From a virus (taxonomy: Duplodnaviria > Caudoviricetes): a DNA stretch of 35,849 nt. A model generated the notes under the pieces. The model did no database searches and was not told the DNA's origin. It saw only the letters and a list, made by a program, of their open reading frames with translations. Made by a program: the position numbers and the translations under genes. Location of the stretch: positions 1-35,849 of the IMG/VR virus record IMGVR_UViG_3300017766_002073; one strand, written 5' to 3'. Below, one piece after another: positions 15,646 through 23,563 of this stretch (position 1 is the first letter of the stretch; every line of letters starts with the position of its first letter).

Positions 15646-15930
15646 TTAGCCGGCGGCCTTAGCCAGCGCCTCGCGCTTTTTCTCAAGGCTGTCCAGCTTC
15701 TTTTTAAGGTCGTCTTGCATGCGGCGCACTTCGGAGTGGCCAAAGATGATTGCGTCGGTCTTGGTCGCGTGGATCTGATCGCGGCGATACCATTTGCCAG
15801 TCTCCGAGACGCAGCCATAGTCCTCAATGCCATAGGCAAGGGCCTGCTCCACAAAGGTCACCTCCTTGGGCTTGAAAGAGGGCTGCAGCACCCAGGCTTT
15901 GTAGGGGTAGGTCTTGGGAATCGTGCTCAT
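15646..15930 (-). CDS. Hypothetical protein, first gene of the left arm, 94 aa
   Basis: TGGAG SD before MSTIPKTYPYKAWVLQPSFKP; C-terminal coiled-coil. Confidence 0.75.
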   Translation of the reverse strand: MSTIPKTYPYKAWVLQPSFKPKEVTFVEQALAYGIEDYGCVSETGKWYRRDQIHATKTDAIIFGHSEVRRMQDDLKKKLDSLEKKREALAKAAG

Positions 15931-16237
15931 GGTCATCTCCATAGGTTGGTTGGGGGTGAAGGTCAAAACAGACTCAGCGAATCTGCTTTGATATTCATCG
16001 ACGATGTATCCACCTGGTGGTGTCCCGTCAGTGCCTGCCTTTGCGGTAGTTGGCCCTACCTCCACCCCTTGCTCGATGCCGCCATGTGGGTCAGGCGGGG
16101 CCGGTGTTGTTCCGGTGCATGGGTTGTACTTTGCCAGAGCGTCCGACTACACGCCACACAAAAAAATCTATCGCGTTTTGCTTTTCCATTGGCCGAATTG
16201 ACGTGACTTCTGCAGGCCGCCGCCGTCCAATCTAGGC
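15931..16237. promoter_or_regulatory. Divergent early control region
   Basis: Strand-switch point; several short hairpins and an A/T tract at 16160-16190; no repressor-like ORF; exact promoters not resolved. Confidence 0.55.
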
Positions 16238-16384
16238 ATGCCAAACCTCACACTCCCATCCTTCACCGTGACGTTCAAGCCGGAAGGCATACACGTCACG
16301 CACACCAAAACACAGGCCGTGTTTGTGCTCAGCCTTGCTGAGTTTGAGCGCTGGCTGACTTCCAAACTGCGGGGGCAAATCTGA
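16238..16384 (+). CDS. Hypothetical protein, 48 aa, first rightward gene (not in ORF track)
   Basis: MPNLTLPSFTVTFKPEGIHVTHTKTQAVFVLSLAEFERWLTSKLRGQI; TGATG overlap with the next gene; no clear SD. Confidence 0.6.
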   Translation: MPNLTLPSFTVTFKPEGIHVTHTKTQAVFVLSLAEFERWLTSKLRGQI

Positions 16385-16773
16385 TGACACGTATTGCAAT
16401 AGAGGACTTGATTGGTCCAGACCTTGACTGGGCTGTTGCGCAAGCAGAAGGAATAGAAGTTGTCCAGCCAAAAGGGTGGTTCAATGGGGCACAGGTCCAT
16501 TTGGCGCGGGCTTTCCCGTACGGGCCTCCATCCTATGAGCCATCTCGCCTTTGGTCGCTTGCAGGGCCAATAATTGAGGCCGAGCGCATTAGCGTCTTTA
16601 GAGAGGCTTTCGACGATTGGTGGACCGCGACACTGGATATCGAAGTGGGCAATTGCTGGCATGTTTCTGACCCATCGCAAGGCGAAACAGCGTTGATTGC
16701 GGCCATGCGTTGCCATGTGCGTAATAAGTTGGGGGAATTCGTGGAAGTCCCGTCACGCCTGGAGGCCGCATGA
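16384..16773 (+). CDS. NinX-like (DUF2591) protein
   Basis: LDWAVAQAEG...PSRLWSLAGPIIE...GETALIAAMRC..LGEFVEVP. Confidence 0.82.
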   Translation: MTRIAIEDLIGPDLDWAVAQAEGIEVVQPKGWFNGAQVHLARAFPYGPPSYEPSRLWSLAGPIIEAERISVFREAFDDWWTATLDIEVGNCWHVSDPSQGETALIAAMRCHVRNKLGEFVEVPSRLEAA

Positions 16774-16997
16774 ACGCTTTTACATCAGTGCGCCCACGCG
16801 GGACCTACACAGCCCCCAGCAAGCCCCCGCGCAAGACCAACTCCAGTGCCGCCCCAATGGGCCTAGTCCTCAACTGCCGTGGCCTTCTCCAAGCCCCCTT
16901 GCAAGGCCGCACCAAGAATTCCATCACGCTTGAAGGCCAGGCAGCAGGCCGCAAGAGTACCGATAAACGCGCTGCTATCCGCAAAGGAGGGATTTGA
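16770..16997 (+). CDS. Basic hypothetical protein, 75 aa
   Basis: GGAGG SD, ATGA overlap; similar to 17492-17758. Confidence 0.65.
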   Translation: MNAFTSVRPRGTYTAPSKPPRKTNSSAAPMGLVLNCRGLLQAPLQGRTKNSITLEGQAAGRKSTDKRAAIRKGGI

Positions 16998-16998
16998 T

Positions 16999-17283
16999 AT
17001 GAACTGCAAACCTGGAGATTTGGCTGTCTTTGTGCGTAGCAGCGCAGGGAATGAGGGCAAGTTTGTCACTTGCATCCGGCTGGCTGCCTACGCGGAATTG
17101 GCGCGGTGCAATTTTGTTTGCACTGAACCGGTTTGGGTAACTGATAGGGTGGTACCGACCATGCTTGGCAACCGAGTTGCGTTTGCGCGGGATTCATCGC
17201 TGCGGCCTATCCGCCCGCAGTCCGACGACGAAGCAGACCTCCTCCTCGCCCCACTCCCCCAACAAGACAAGGTGCCAGCATGA
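16999..17283 (+). CDS. Conserved phage protein, 94 aa
   Basis: AAGGAGG SD; MNCKPGDLA...DSSLRPIRP pattern. Confidence 0.75.
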   Translation: MNCKPGDLAVFVRSSAGNEGKFVTCIRLAAYAELARCNFVCTEPVWVTDRVVPTMLGNRVAFARDSSLRPIRPQSDDEADLLLAPLPQQDKVPA

Positions 17284-17495
17284 CCGACCGATACACAGGC
17301 TTTGTCGTTTGCCTAGAAAACGACATGCGCGATGACGACGCTCAAGCCATCATCACGGCCATTGAAACGCTTCGCGGTGTCGCCTCGGTTCAGCCGGTCG
17401 TGGCTGACATTGACAGCTTTCTTGCGCGAGAAAGCGCCCGCATGGACCTTGTAAGGCAGCTTACTGCTGTGCTTATGCCAAAGGCTGCATCATGA
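17280..17495 (+). CDS. Hypothetical protein, 71 aa
   Basis: ATGA overlaps at both ends. Confidence 0.7.
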   Translation: MTDRYTGFVVCLENDMRDDDAQAIITAIETLRGVASVQPVVADIDSFLARESARMDLVRQLTAVLMPKAAS

Positions 17496-17758
17496 CCTTC
17501 CCCACACCCCGCCCCAAGGCCGCAGAAGGCCCTAGCAAGGCCCCTCGCCGCACCAATCACTCACGTGCGCCTACAGAAGGCTCACTGCGCGATTTGGGCG
17601 AGCCAACATTTCACGACGAAGCTGCTTGCAAACAGGCCACGGCTGTCAGCTTGGCAATGAGCGCAATCGCTTACTCCAACCGGTCCCGCGCCCGTACCGG
17701 CATGAACATCCCTGCAGCTCGCGGCAAGTCGGTTGACATGCGAAAGAAGATTGTATGA
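17492..17758 (+). CDS. Basic hypothetical protein, 88 aa
   Basis: ATGA overlaps; similar to 16770-16997. Confidence 0.65.
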   Translation: MTFPTPRPKAAEGPSKAPRRTNHSRAPTEGSLRDLGEPTFHDEAACKQATAVSLAMSAIAYSNRSRARTGMNIPAARGKSVDMRKKIV

Positions 17759-17961
17759 CCAAACCCCCCGCCAACCCCCAAGCAGTAGACGCCCATCGCA
17801 GAGCCTACCAGCACAACACAAAGCGAGCCCTCTGCCTTGCAATGACAAGGAAAGAATCCACCGCTGAATGCATGGAGAAGCACTGGGACAATTTGGTTGA
17901 CGTAACTGAAATGCGTGTCAAGGCCCGTCTGTCCGGCTGGCTGCCACTGAAAGGAGAATGA
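17755..17961 (+). CDS. Hypothetical protein, 68 aa
   Basis: ATGA overlap; tiles the operon. Confidence 0.65.
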   Translation: MTKPPANPQAVDAHRRAYQHNTKRALCLAMTRKESTAECMEKHWDNLVDVTEMRVKARLSGWLPLKGE

Positions 17962-17962
17962 G

Positions 17963-18085
17963 ATGCCTCTCGAAATGGCCGCGAAATTTGAGGCCCGCCA
18001 GCCAACGCCAATTGAGTGCCTGGGCTGTGGAGCCCCGCGCATCCGCTATCAGCACGTTTGCGACTACTGCAAGCGCCCATCGTAA
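17963..18085 (+). CDS. Zn-ribbon mini-protein, 40 aa (not in ORF track)
   Basis: AAGGAG SD; MPLEMAAKFEARQPTPIECLGCGAPRIRYQHVCDYCKRPS with CxxC...CxxC. Confidence 0.7.
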   Translation: MPLEMAAKFEARQPTPIECLGCGAPRIRYQHVCDYCKRPS

Positions 18086-18095
18086 AGGAACAACC

Positions 18096-18248
18096 ATGAC
18101 CGACCACCCCAAAGAACACGACAACATGTCGATTACGCACTGCCAAATCGACAGATCATCTGACACATGTACACCACATGAACACAAGAGCCTAGACGAC
18201 TTCATCTCCAAGGTGGAAGCATCTGGCGAGGACAAGGACCAGCCATGA
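18096..18248 (+). CDS. Hypothetical protein, 50 aa
   Basis: AAGGA SD before MTDHPKE; ATGA overlap downstream. Confidence 0.55.
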   Translation: MTDHPKEHDNMSITHCQIDRSSDTCTPHEHKSLDDFISKVEASGEDKDQP

Positions 18249-18508
18249 CCCCCGACCAACTCCCGCCGCTGCCAAGCCCTGGCATCCATGCTGGCGGCAT
18301 CTACAACGAAGCCAAGATGCACGCCTACGGCCTCCAGTGCGCAGAGGCAGCGGTAGAGCGCGAGCGTGCCAGGTGCAAAGAGATCGTTGATGCCATGGCC
18401 GCTTTGTTGCGTACCGCAGATTCGCCGGACAGCCTCAAGCAGTACCGGTACTACGCTGCGCACCTTGTCGATTGCCTAGCGCTGCAAATTTCACCACCGG
18501 GCAAATAG
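18245..18508 (+). CDS. Hypothetical protein, 87 aa
   Basis: LPPLP...MHAYG..AVERERARC pattern common in phage early genes. Confidence 0.7.
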   Translation: MTPDQLPPLPSPGIHAGGIYNEAKMHAYGLQCAEAAVERERARCKEIVDAMAALLRTADSPDSLKQYRYYAAHLVDCLALQISPPGK

Positions 18509-18511
18509 CCC

Positions 18512-18540
18512 TTGCACATCAGAGCGATGGCAGCGACAAT
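18512..18540 (+). promoter_or_regulatory. Sigma70-like promoter for the replication operon
   Basis: TTGCAC-N17-GACAAT immediately upstream of the structured leader. Confidence 0.55.
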
Positions 18541-18547
18541 CTAATCT

Positions 18548-18640
18548 GAAACCCGGCTAGACGGGGGGTAGCTACCCCGTTGAAAAGCGTTACCCCAGCC
18601 TGCCGGTGTGTTCATTCTCTTGGGGTGCATTGGGGTGGAA
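18548..18640 (+). ncRNA. Candidate c4-like branched RNA with downstream complementary target sites
   Basis: CCGGC/GCCGG closing stem, ACGGGG/CCCCGT hairpin, and TACCCCAG complementary to two TTGGGGTG copies at 18620 and 18630. Confidence 0.55.
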
Positions 18641-18763
18641 ATGAAACCAGATATTCAGGCCTATGAGGCCGCCAAACGCGCGTGGATAGCCGCGCATCCA
18701 ACGGCAACAGCCGACCAGTACGAGCAGGCCATTCGCCTTCTTGCCAAGCGCTACAGGATCTGA
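18641..18763 (+). CDS. 40-aa leader ORF coupled to the initiator (not in ORF track)
   Basis: MKPDIQAYEAAKRAWIAAHPTATADQYEQAIRLLAKRYRI; its TGA is 2 nt before the initiator ATG. Confidence 0.7.
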   Translation: MKPDIQAYEAAKRAWIAAHPTATADQYEQAIRLLAKRYRI

Positions 18764-18765
18764 CC

Positions 18766-19461
18766 ATGGCGCGCATCCGTACTATCAAACCCGAGTTTTT
18801 TACGAGCGAGGACATTGTGTCCCTAAGCCCGATGGCTCGGCTTCTCTACATATCCACATGGTGCGAGGCAGACAAGGAAGGTCGACTTGTTTGGAAGCCT
18901 GTCACCTTTAAGCTGCGCTACTGCCCTGGGGACAAGTGCGACATCCAGGCATTGTGCCAAGAGCTGGTCAGTGCTGGTCTTGTTGTGCTTTACGGGGAGG
19001 GATTGGCCTTCATCCCGAAGTTCAATGCCCACCAGCACCTGAACCCACGCGAAACCCCCTCTAAGCTGCCAGAGCCTGACGCGTCAGCACGCGTCGCCAC
19101 GCGTCAGCACGCGTCAAATCTAGATGTGCACGCGCAGGGAGGAAGGGAAGGGAAGGGAAGGGAAGGATATACACGCGTCGACGCGTGTGATGACGCCCCC
19201 GGCTTCGCCAAGTTTTGGCAGACATGGCCATCCACGGAAAGAAAACAAGCCAAGGGCAAATGCCTGGACGCTTGGAAGAAAGCCGATGGAGAAAAGGTGG
19301 CAGACGAAATTATCAGCCATGTCGAATCCCTGAAGAACAGCCAGACGTGGACAAAGAACAACGGCGAGTACATCCCGGCCCCTCTGGTCTACCTGAACAA
19401 CAGAAGGTGGGAGGGCGCCGACTTGGTTGACCAGGGTTTCACGATTGGCAAGTTCGTATGA
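18766..19461 (+). CDS. Replication initiator protein, 231 aa
   Basis: MARIRTIKPEFF...ADKEGRL N-terminal domain; iteron-coded linker; FAKFWQTWP...YIPAPLVYLNNRRWE C-terminal domain. Confidence 0.88.
   Translation: MARIRTIKPEFFTSEDIVSLSPMARLLYISTWCEADKEGRLVWKPVTFKLRYCPGDKCDIQALCQELVSAGLVVLYGEGLAFIPKFNAHQHLNPRETPSKLPEPDASARVATRQHASNLDVHAQGGREGKGREGYTRVDACDDAPGFAKFWQTWPSTERKQAKGKCLDAWKKADGEKVADEIISHVESLKNSQTWTKNNGEYIPAPLVYLNNRRWEGADLVDQGFTIGKFV
19079..19188. repeat. Putative replication origin (iterons) inside the initiator gene
   Basis: ACGCGTC x4 at 10-bp spacing (19079, 19089, 19099, 19109), GGAAG x5 (19141-19165), and an 18-bp palindrome at 19171-19188. Confidence 0.8.
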
Positions 19462-19799
19462 AAGGCCAAGACGAAATCCTGAAGATGCGCCGGGCTGGTA
19501 AGTCACCCAAATGGGTGTGGGTTGAGGACAGGGAGATTGCCGATCTGTCAAACGACACGGTAAGCCTCGCTCCGGTCGACGTGCCAGAAATGCAGGATTG
19601 GCGTTTTCTGGTTGGCTTGGTGGTGACGGTGTCGACGGTCGACAAGGCCCGTGCAGATCGGATCACCCAGTGCTGCAAAGAGTACGCCAAGCGCGTGATA
19701 ACCAACATTTACCGGCCCTATGTCGACCGACTGGGCTGGCCAAGGACTGAAGTGATTGAGACAATGGACACAGACGGGGTGATGACATGGCAGAAGTGA
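19458..19799 (+). CDS. Hypothetical replication-module protein, 113 aa
   Basis: ATGA overlap; lies between initiator and helicase. Confidence 0.75.
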   Translation: MKGQDEILKMRRAGKSPKWVWVEDREIADLSNDTVSLAPVDVPEMQDWRFLVGLVVTVSTVDKARADRITQCCKEYAKRVITNIYRPYVDRLGWPRTEVIETMDTDGVMTWQK

Positions 19800-20749
19800 T
19801 TTACTACGATGACATCGACTTTGCCGCCTACGAGCGCGAGACAGACGCAAAGCAAAAAGTACGCCCGGCTAGCCAGTACGTGCAAGAGCTGATCGACCGG
19901 ATCAACAACCCTATCCGCCCGAAGCAAGCCGTACTCCCGTGGAAGAAAACCCACGGCATGATTCAGTTCAGGCCTGGTGAGGTGACGTGCTGGGGTGGGG
20001 CCAACGGCAACGGCAAGAGCCTGGTGACCGGACAAGTCGCGCTCAGCCTGTGCGCGCAGGATGAAAAGGTGGGGATGGCCAGCTTTGAAATGAAGCCCAT
20101 TAAAAGCCTCGAACGCATGGGCAGGCAGTGGTCTGGTGAGAACCCCAGCGACCCCGCGTTCCTTGGGCATCCAGAGGCCCGCATGGCCCTTGTCGACATC
20201 TACGAACAGTTCCGGGATTGGACAGACGGCAAATTGTGGCTGTACGACCAACAAGGGACGGTGATCGCATCTCAGGTTGCAGCAGTCGCCAGGTACTGCG
20301 CGAAGGAGAAGGGCATAACGCATTTCTTCGTCGACAGCCTCATGAAGTGCGTGCAGGGCGAAGACGACTACAACGGGCAGAAATCCTTTGTCGACGAGCT
20401 GACTAGCATTGCGCGCGACTACTCGATGCACATCCACCTGGTGCACCACATCAAGAAGCCGCCGAACGAGGACCACAAGCCCGGGAAGTACGACTACAAG
20501 GGATCCGGCGCCATCACCGATCAGGTTGACAACGTCATTTCGGTTTGGCGGAATAAGGCGAAGGAGCGGAAAAAGGAGGAAGGAAAAGCGGTCGACGACA
20601 AAGACCCAGATTGCCTCCTGATCTGCGACAAGCAACGAAATGGAGACTGGGAGGGCCAGATCGGCCTATGGTACGACCGGGCTAGCCAGCAGTACGTGCC
20701 AGCCCCCTATGACGGCCCAATGGTCATGTTTCGGCACCCTGAAGACTGA
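19787..20749 (+). CDS. SF4 (DnaB/T7 gp4-like) replicative helicase lacking a primase domain
   Basis: Walker A GGANGNGKS, ASFEM, FFVDSL, HLVHH, KGSGAITDQVD, KQRNG. Confidence 0.9.
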   Translation: MAEVIYYDDIDFAAYERETDAKQKVRPASQYVQELIDRINNPIRPKQAVLPWKKTHGMIQFRPGEVTCWGGANGNGKSLVTGQVALSLCAQDEKVGMASFEMKPIKSLERMGRQWSGENPSDPAFLGHPEARMALVDIYEQFRDWTDGKLWLYDQQGTVIASQVAAVARYCAKEKGITHFFVDSLMKCVQGEDDYNGQKSFVDELTSIARDYSMHIHLVHHIKKPPNEDHKPGKYDYKGSGAITDQVDNVISVWRNKAKERKKEEGKAVDDKDPDCLLICDKQRNGDWEGQIGLWYDRASQQYVPAPYDGPMVMFRHPED

Positions 20750-20943
20750 TGAACGAATACACAAAACAAGTCCTCCACCTAACAAGAATGGCCATGCTCC
20801 CAGGATTTATAGACCACTCTCGCTATCGATGCAAAGAGCTGGAGAAGGAGCCTATGTTTCAGGGGATGGGCCAGGCGGTGAAGGCGGAGATTGAAAGGCA
20901 ACGATGCTCAGAACCAAGTGCCCCCACTGTCGCGGGAAGCTAG
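20749..20943 (+). CDS. Hypothetical protein, 64 aa
   Basis: TGATG overlap with the helicase. Confidence 0.6.
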   Translation: MNEYTKQVLHLTRMAMLPGFIDHSRYRCKELEKEPMFQGMGQAVKAEIERQRCSEPSAPTVAGS

Positions 20944-21488
20944 AGCCCCGTGAACGCATCCATAAAGCCTGTATAGGCCCATGGGCAGACGCACAGGCAG
21001 CAAAGGCAGAAAGGACCGCTCTAAAGCGTGCCAAGGTCGCCCAGGTAGAAGAGAAGCGCCAGGACAGGGTGAAGAAGGAATCCTTCAAGACCATAGCCCA
21101 GCTGATCGCGGATGCACAGAAGCCGTTTAACGAGTTCATTCGCCTGAGGGACATGGACAAAGGCTGCTTCGTGTGCGGCTGCGCTTTCGACAAGGAAGTG
21201 CCAGGCCGAGTACAGCACGCAGGCCACGCTAGAAGCCGGGGCGCTGCTGGACATCTGAGATTCAATGAAACCAACGTGATGGGCGAATGCGAGGGCTGTA
21301 ATGGCCCGCACGGGGCCAAGCCTCACGAAATCAAGGCCGGAGCCATCGCGCGCATAGGGTTGGAGGCGTGGGAGGCGCTGGAGAACGACAACAAGCCGTG
21401 CAAGTGGAGCCGGGACGAACTGATCGCCATCAAGGCAGAGTACATGGCGAAGGCGAAAGAGTTGAAGAAAAGGCTTGACGCGGCGTAG
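20904..21488 (+). CDS. ninG: NinG/Rap-family recombination endonuclease
   Basis: N-terminal CPHC; AQKPFNEFIRLRD..CFVCG..HAGHARSRGAAGHLRFNETN..ECEGCN..RIG. Confidence 0.9.
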   Translation: MLRTKCPHCRGKLEPRERIHKACIGPWADAQAAKAERTALKRAKVAQVEEKRQDRVKKESFKTIAQLIADAQKPFNEFIRLRDMDKGCFVCGCAFDKEVPGRVQHAGHARSRGAAGHLRFNETNVMGECEGCNGPHGAKPHEIKAGAIARIGLEAWEALENDNKPCKWSRDELIAIKAEYMAKAKELKKRLDAA

Positions 21489-21503
21489 AAATAGGCGCAC
21501 ATT
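21475..21503 (+). promoter_or_regulatory. Possible sigma70-like promoter
   Basis: TTGACG-N17-CACATT ahead of the gene at 21530. Confidence 0.45.
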
Positions 21504-21529
21504 AGAGCCATCAACAACTGGAGCGCGAC

Positions 21530-21907
21530 GTGAAAGAAGAATTGCAAGGCAAGCTGGTAGAGATCCTGACGAGCATGCAAACGGCGGCTGGGAAGGCCAC
21601 TGACTTTGCGGCCACGCAACTGCCTGACATAGCCATGAGCTACATCGTCTACGGGCGCGTCTATAGTGTCATTTGGCTGCTGGGGGCGGTTGGCGTGTTT
21701 GTCGCTCTGTGGTATTTCTTCCAGTGGATGCGCCGAATCAACGCAGCTGAAGATGGGCACCCAGCGGCGGTTGTGGGAGTAGTGTGTGGTGGGTTGGCCG
21801 TGTGTTTGAACTTCCTGAATTTCTGGATGGCGGTCAACAATGTTGCATTGGTCTGGTTTGCCCAGAAAGTCTGGCTGCTTAAAGAAATCGCGGGAATGCT
21901 CAAGTGA
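21530..21907 (+). CDS. Membrane protein (2 TM), 125 aa
   Basis: TGGAG SD, GTG start; two hydrophobic helices. Confidence 0.75.
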   Translation: MKEELQGKLVEILTSMQTAAGKATDFAATQLPDIAMSYIVYGRVYSVIWLLGAVGVFVALWYFFQWMRRINAAEDGHPAAVVGVVCGGLAVCLNFLNFWMAVNNVALVWFAQKVWLLKEIAGMLK

Positions 21908-22119
21908 CTGAAAAGACCCCAGGCCGCCGCACGAAGCCCTTAAAGCTGCGCAAGGTGCACGTAAACACCAGCATGACCTTAGAGCAGCGGGAAATGTTCC
22001 TGACGCTTGGGGGCTCTGCATGGCTGCAAAAGGAGATGGACCTGTTGATCGCTATGGAAAAGCGACTTGGCGACAACTGGCAGTACAACCCTGAAACCCG
22101 TGGATGGAGTGTGAGATGA
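21904..22119 (+). CDS. Possible ribbon-helix-helix DNA-binding protein, 71 aa
   Basis: Basic N-terminus, VHVNTSM strand, then helix-LGGSAWL-helix. Confidence 0.55.
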   Translation: MTEKTPGRRTKPLKLRKVHVNTSMTLEQREMFLTLGGSAWLQKEMDLLIAMEKRLGDNWQYNPETRGWSVR

Positions 22120-22358
22120 ACAGCCGCCATTTCAAAAGCAAACTGCTAAATTGCCGCCTGCTGCCTAGTCAAACCAGCCAATGGACGCGCACTTTGCCAG
22201 GGCCAAACTGGCTCACCCAAGAAGAGATAGACGCAGAACAGCGCGAATTAGACGCAAGCATTGCCAGAACAGAGTGGTGGCTGCGCATTGCGCTGGGTTT
22301 GTTTGCCATTGGGATCATTGCATCGCTCTATGACGCGGTTAAGGGGTATCTGCCATGA
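22116..22358 (+). CDS. Hypothetical protein with C-terminal TM segment, 80 aa
   Basis: ATGA overlaps; WWLRIALGLFAIGIIASLY. Confidence 0.65.
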   Translation: MNSRHFKSKLLNCRLLPSQTSQWTRTLPGPNWLTQEEIDAEQRELDASIARTEWWLRIALGLFAIGIIASLYDAVKGYLP

Positions 22359-22558
22359 ACCTCGTAGAAGCGCTATTGGACCAACTGAAAAATCGTCTTG
22401 TTGAGCGAAAAGACAAATTTGTGCGAGTTGACGAGTGGTGCGGCGACACCGAGGGCGGGTTTTACGATGAAGTTCACTTCAGCATGGACGATCTTTTGGC
22501 AGAAATCGACAAGTTCGGCGAAGAAGTGCGCGAACGTGCAAAGGAGCTTGGGCTATGA
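22355..22558 (+). CDS. Acidic hypothetical protein, 67 aa
   Basis: ATGA overlaps. Confidence 0.7.
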   Translation: MNLVEALLDQLKNRLVERKDKFVRVDEWCGDTEGGFYDEVHFSMDDLLAEIDKFGEEVRERAKELGL

Positions 22559-22746
22559 ACATACCCGAAGGATTCACCCCCCGAGGTGACAGCAACGAAC
22601 AGCCGCTGGAGACATATGACAAGTGGGTGAGTGTCATTCTGCAGGGGGCTAAGCAAGATCGCCGGTTGGGATCTAGGGCTAATGGGTTGCCATGGAAGAT
22701 CCCGGACGGCCCTATGCGCATCATTGCGTGGAGGATTGAGCCATGA
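22555..22746 (+). CDS. Hypothetical protein, 63 aa
   Basis: AAGGAG SD; ends IIAWRI. Confidence 0.7.
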   Translation: MNIPEGFTPRGDSNEQPLETYDKWVSVILQGAKQDRRLGSRANGLPWKIPDGPMRIIAWRIEP

Positions 22747-22934
22747 TTCTCAAGGGCAGCCCATATTTATACGTCCAGCGCCGCGTGATGGCAATGGAAA
22801 CCACCAACGGCCAGACAGTCAGGGTACGAGAGTTTGACGAGAACGAACCCATGGGGCTCAGAACGCCGATGACGGTGCCTGCGGCTCAGTTGAAGCCGCT
22901 TCCTGTGCGGTATTGGGATGGAGATATTCGATGA
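22743..22934 (+). CDS. Hypothetical protein, 63 aa
   Basis: GGAGG SD; ATGA overlaps. Confidence 0.7.
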   Translation: MILKGSPYLYVQRRVMAMETTNGQTVRVREFDENEPMGLRTPMTVPAAQLKPLPVRYWDGDIR

Positions 22935-23158
22935 GAACACTTGAACAGATGGATGAAGCGGCGCAACGCCAGCTAGACGGGATGACCGTCAACCGCGACC
23001 AACTTGCAAGAGATGTGCAATGGCTGACGGGTTGCGTAAGGCGGCTTGAAAAGCTGATCAAGCAAGATGCGCAAGAGAAGTCGAGCGTCCCGTACGTAAA
23101 TCCGATGGAGGAGCTCCTGAAGAAGTACGGCGTGCATCCTGACCAGCACAAAAAGTGA
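22931..23158 (+). CDS. Hypothetical protein, 75 aa
   Basis: TGGAG SD before MRTLEQ; GTGA overlap downstream. Confidence 0.7.
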   Translation: MRTLEQMDEAAQRQLDGMTVNRDQLARDVQWLTGCVRRLEKLIKQDAQEKSSVPYVNPMEELLKKYGVHPDQHKK

Positions 23159-23553
23159 CTAACAAGCTTGCCATCCGCCTGTACGAGGCCACCCAGGCCC
23201 ATCAAGCCCTAAAGACCGTCTGGCACCACGTCAAGCCCCTATTGATGGCAGGACACAGACTAACCCTAGAGGTAAAGCCAGAGACCCGCAGCAGTGAGCA
23301 GAATGCACTCTTACACGCAGCGCTGACCGAAGTAGCAGCCACCACGGAATGGGCAGGCAAGAAACGGGACGTAGAGGTGTGGAAAAGACTTCTCACCGCT
23401 GCCTGGCTGAGGGCAAGGGGTGAATCGGTAGAACTCCTGCCTGCATTGGATGGGCATGGGGTAGACGTAGTGTTCCGCAGAACGTCAAAGCTGACCATTG
23501 CGGAGTGCACAGAGTTGATTGATTACATCGAGGCATGGCGCGCAGGCGCTTAA
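23155..23553 (+). CDS. ninB: NinB/Orf-family recombination protein
   Basis: TRSSEQNALLHA..WAGKK..WKRLLTAAW..RTSKLTIAECTELIDYI. Confidence 0.9.
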   Translation: MTNKLAIRLYEATQAHQALKTVWHHVKPLLMAGHRLTLEVKPETRSSEQNALLHAALTEVAATTEWAGKKRDVEVWKRLLTAAWLRARGESVELLPALDGHGVDVVFRRTSKLTIAECTELIDYIEAWRAGA

Positions 23554-23563
23554 AGGAATTGGG

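Noticed and set aside
17958-18095. 96-aa ORF start at 17958
   Set aside because: Better explained as a 40-aa Zn-ribbon ORF (17963) plus a 50-aa ORF (18096), each with its own SD.
19079-19188. CRISPR array or simple VNTR
   Set aside because: The units are 5-10 bp with no spacers and lie in the initiator linker, consistent with iterons.
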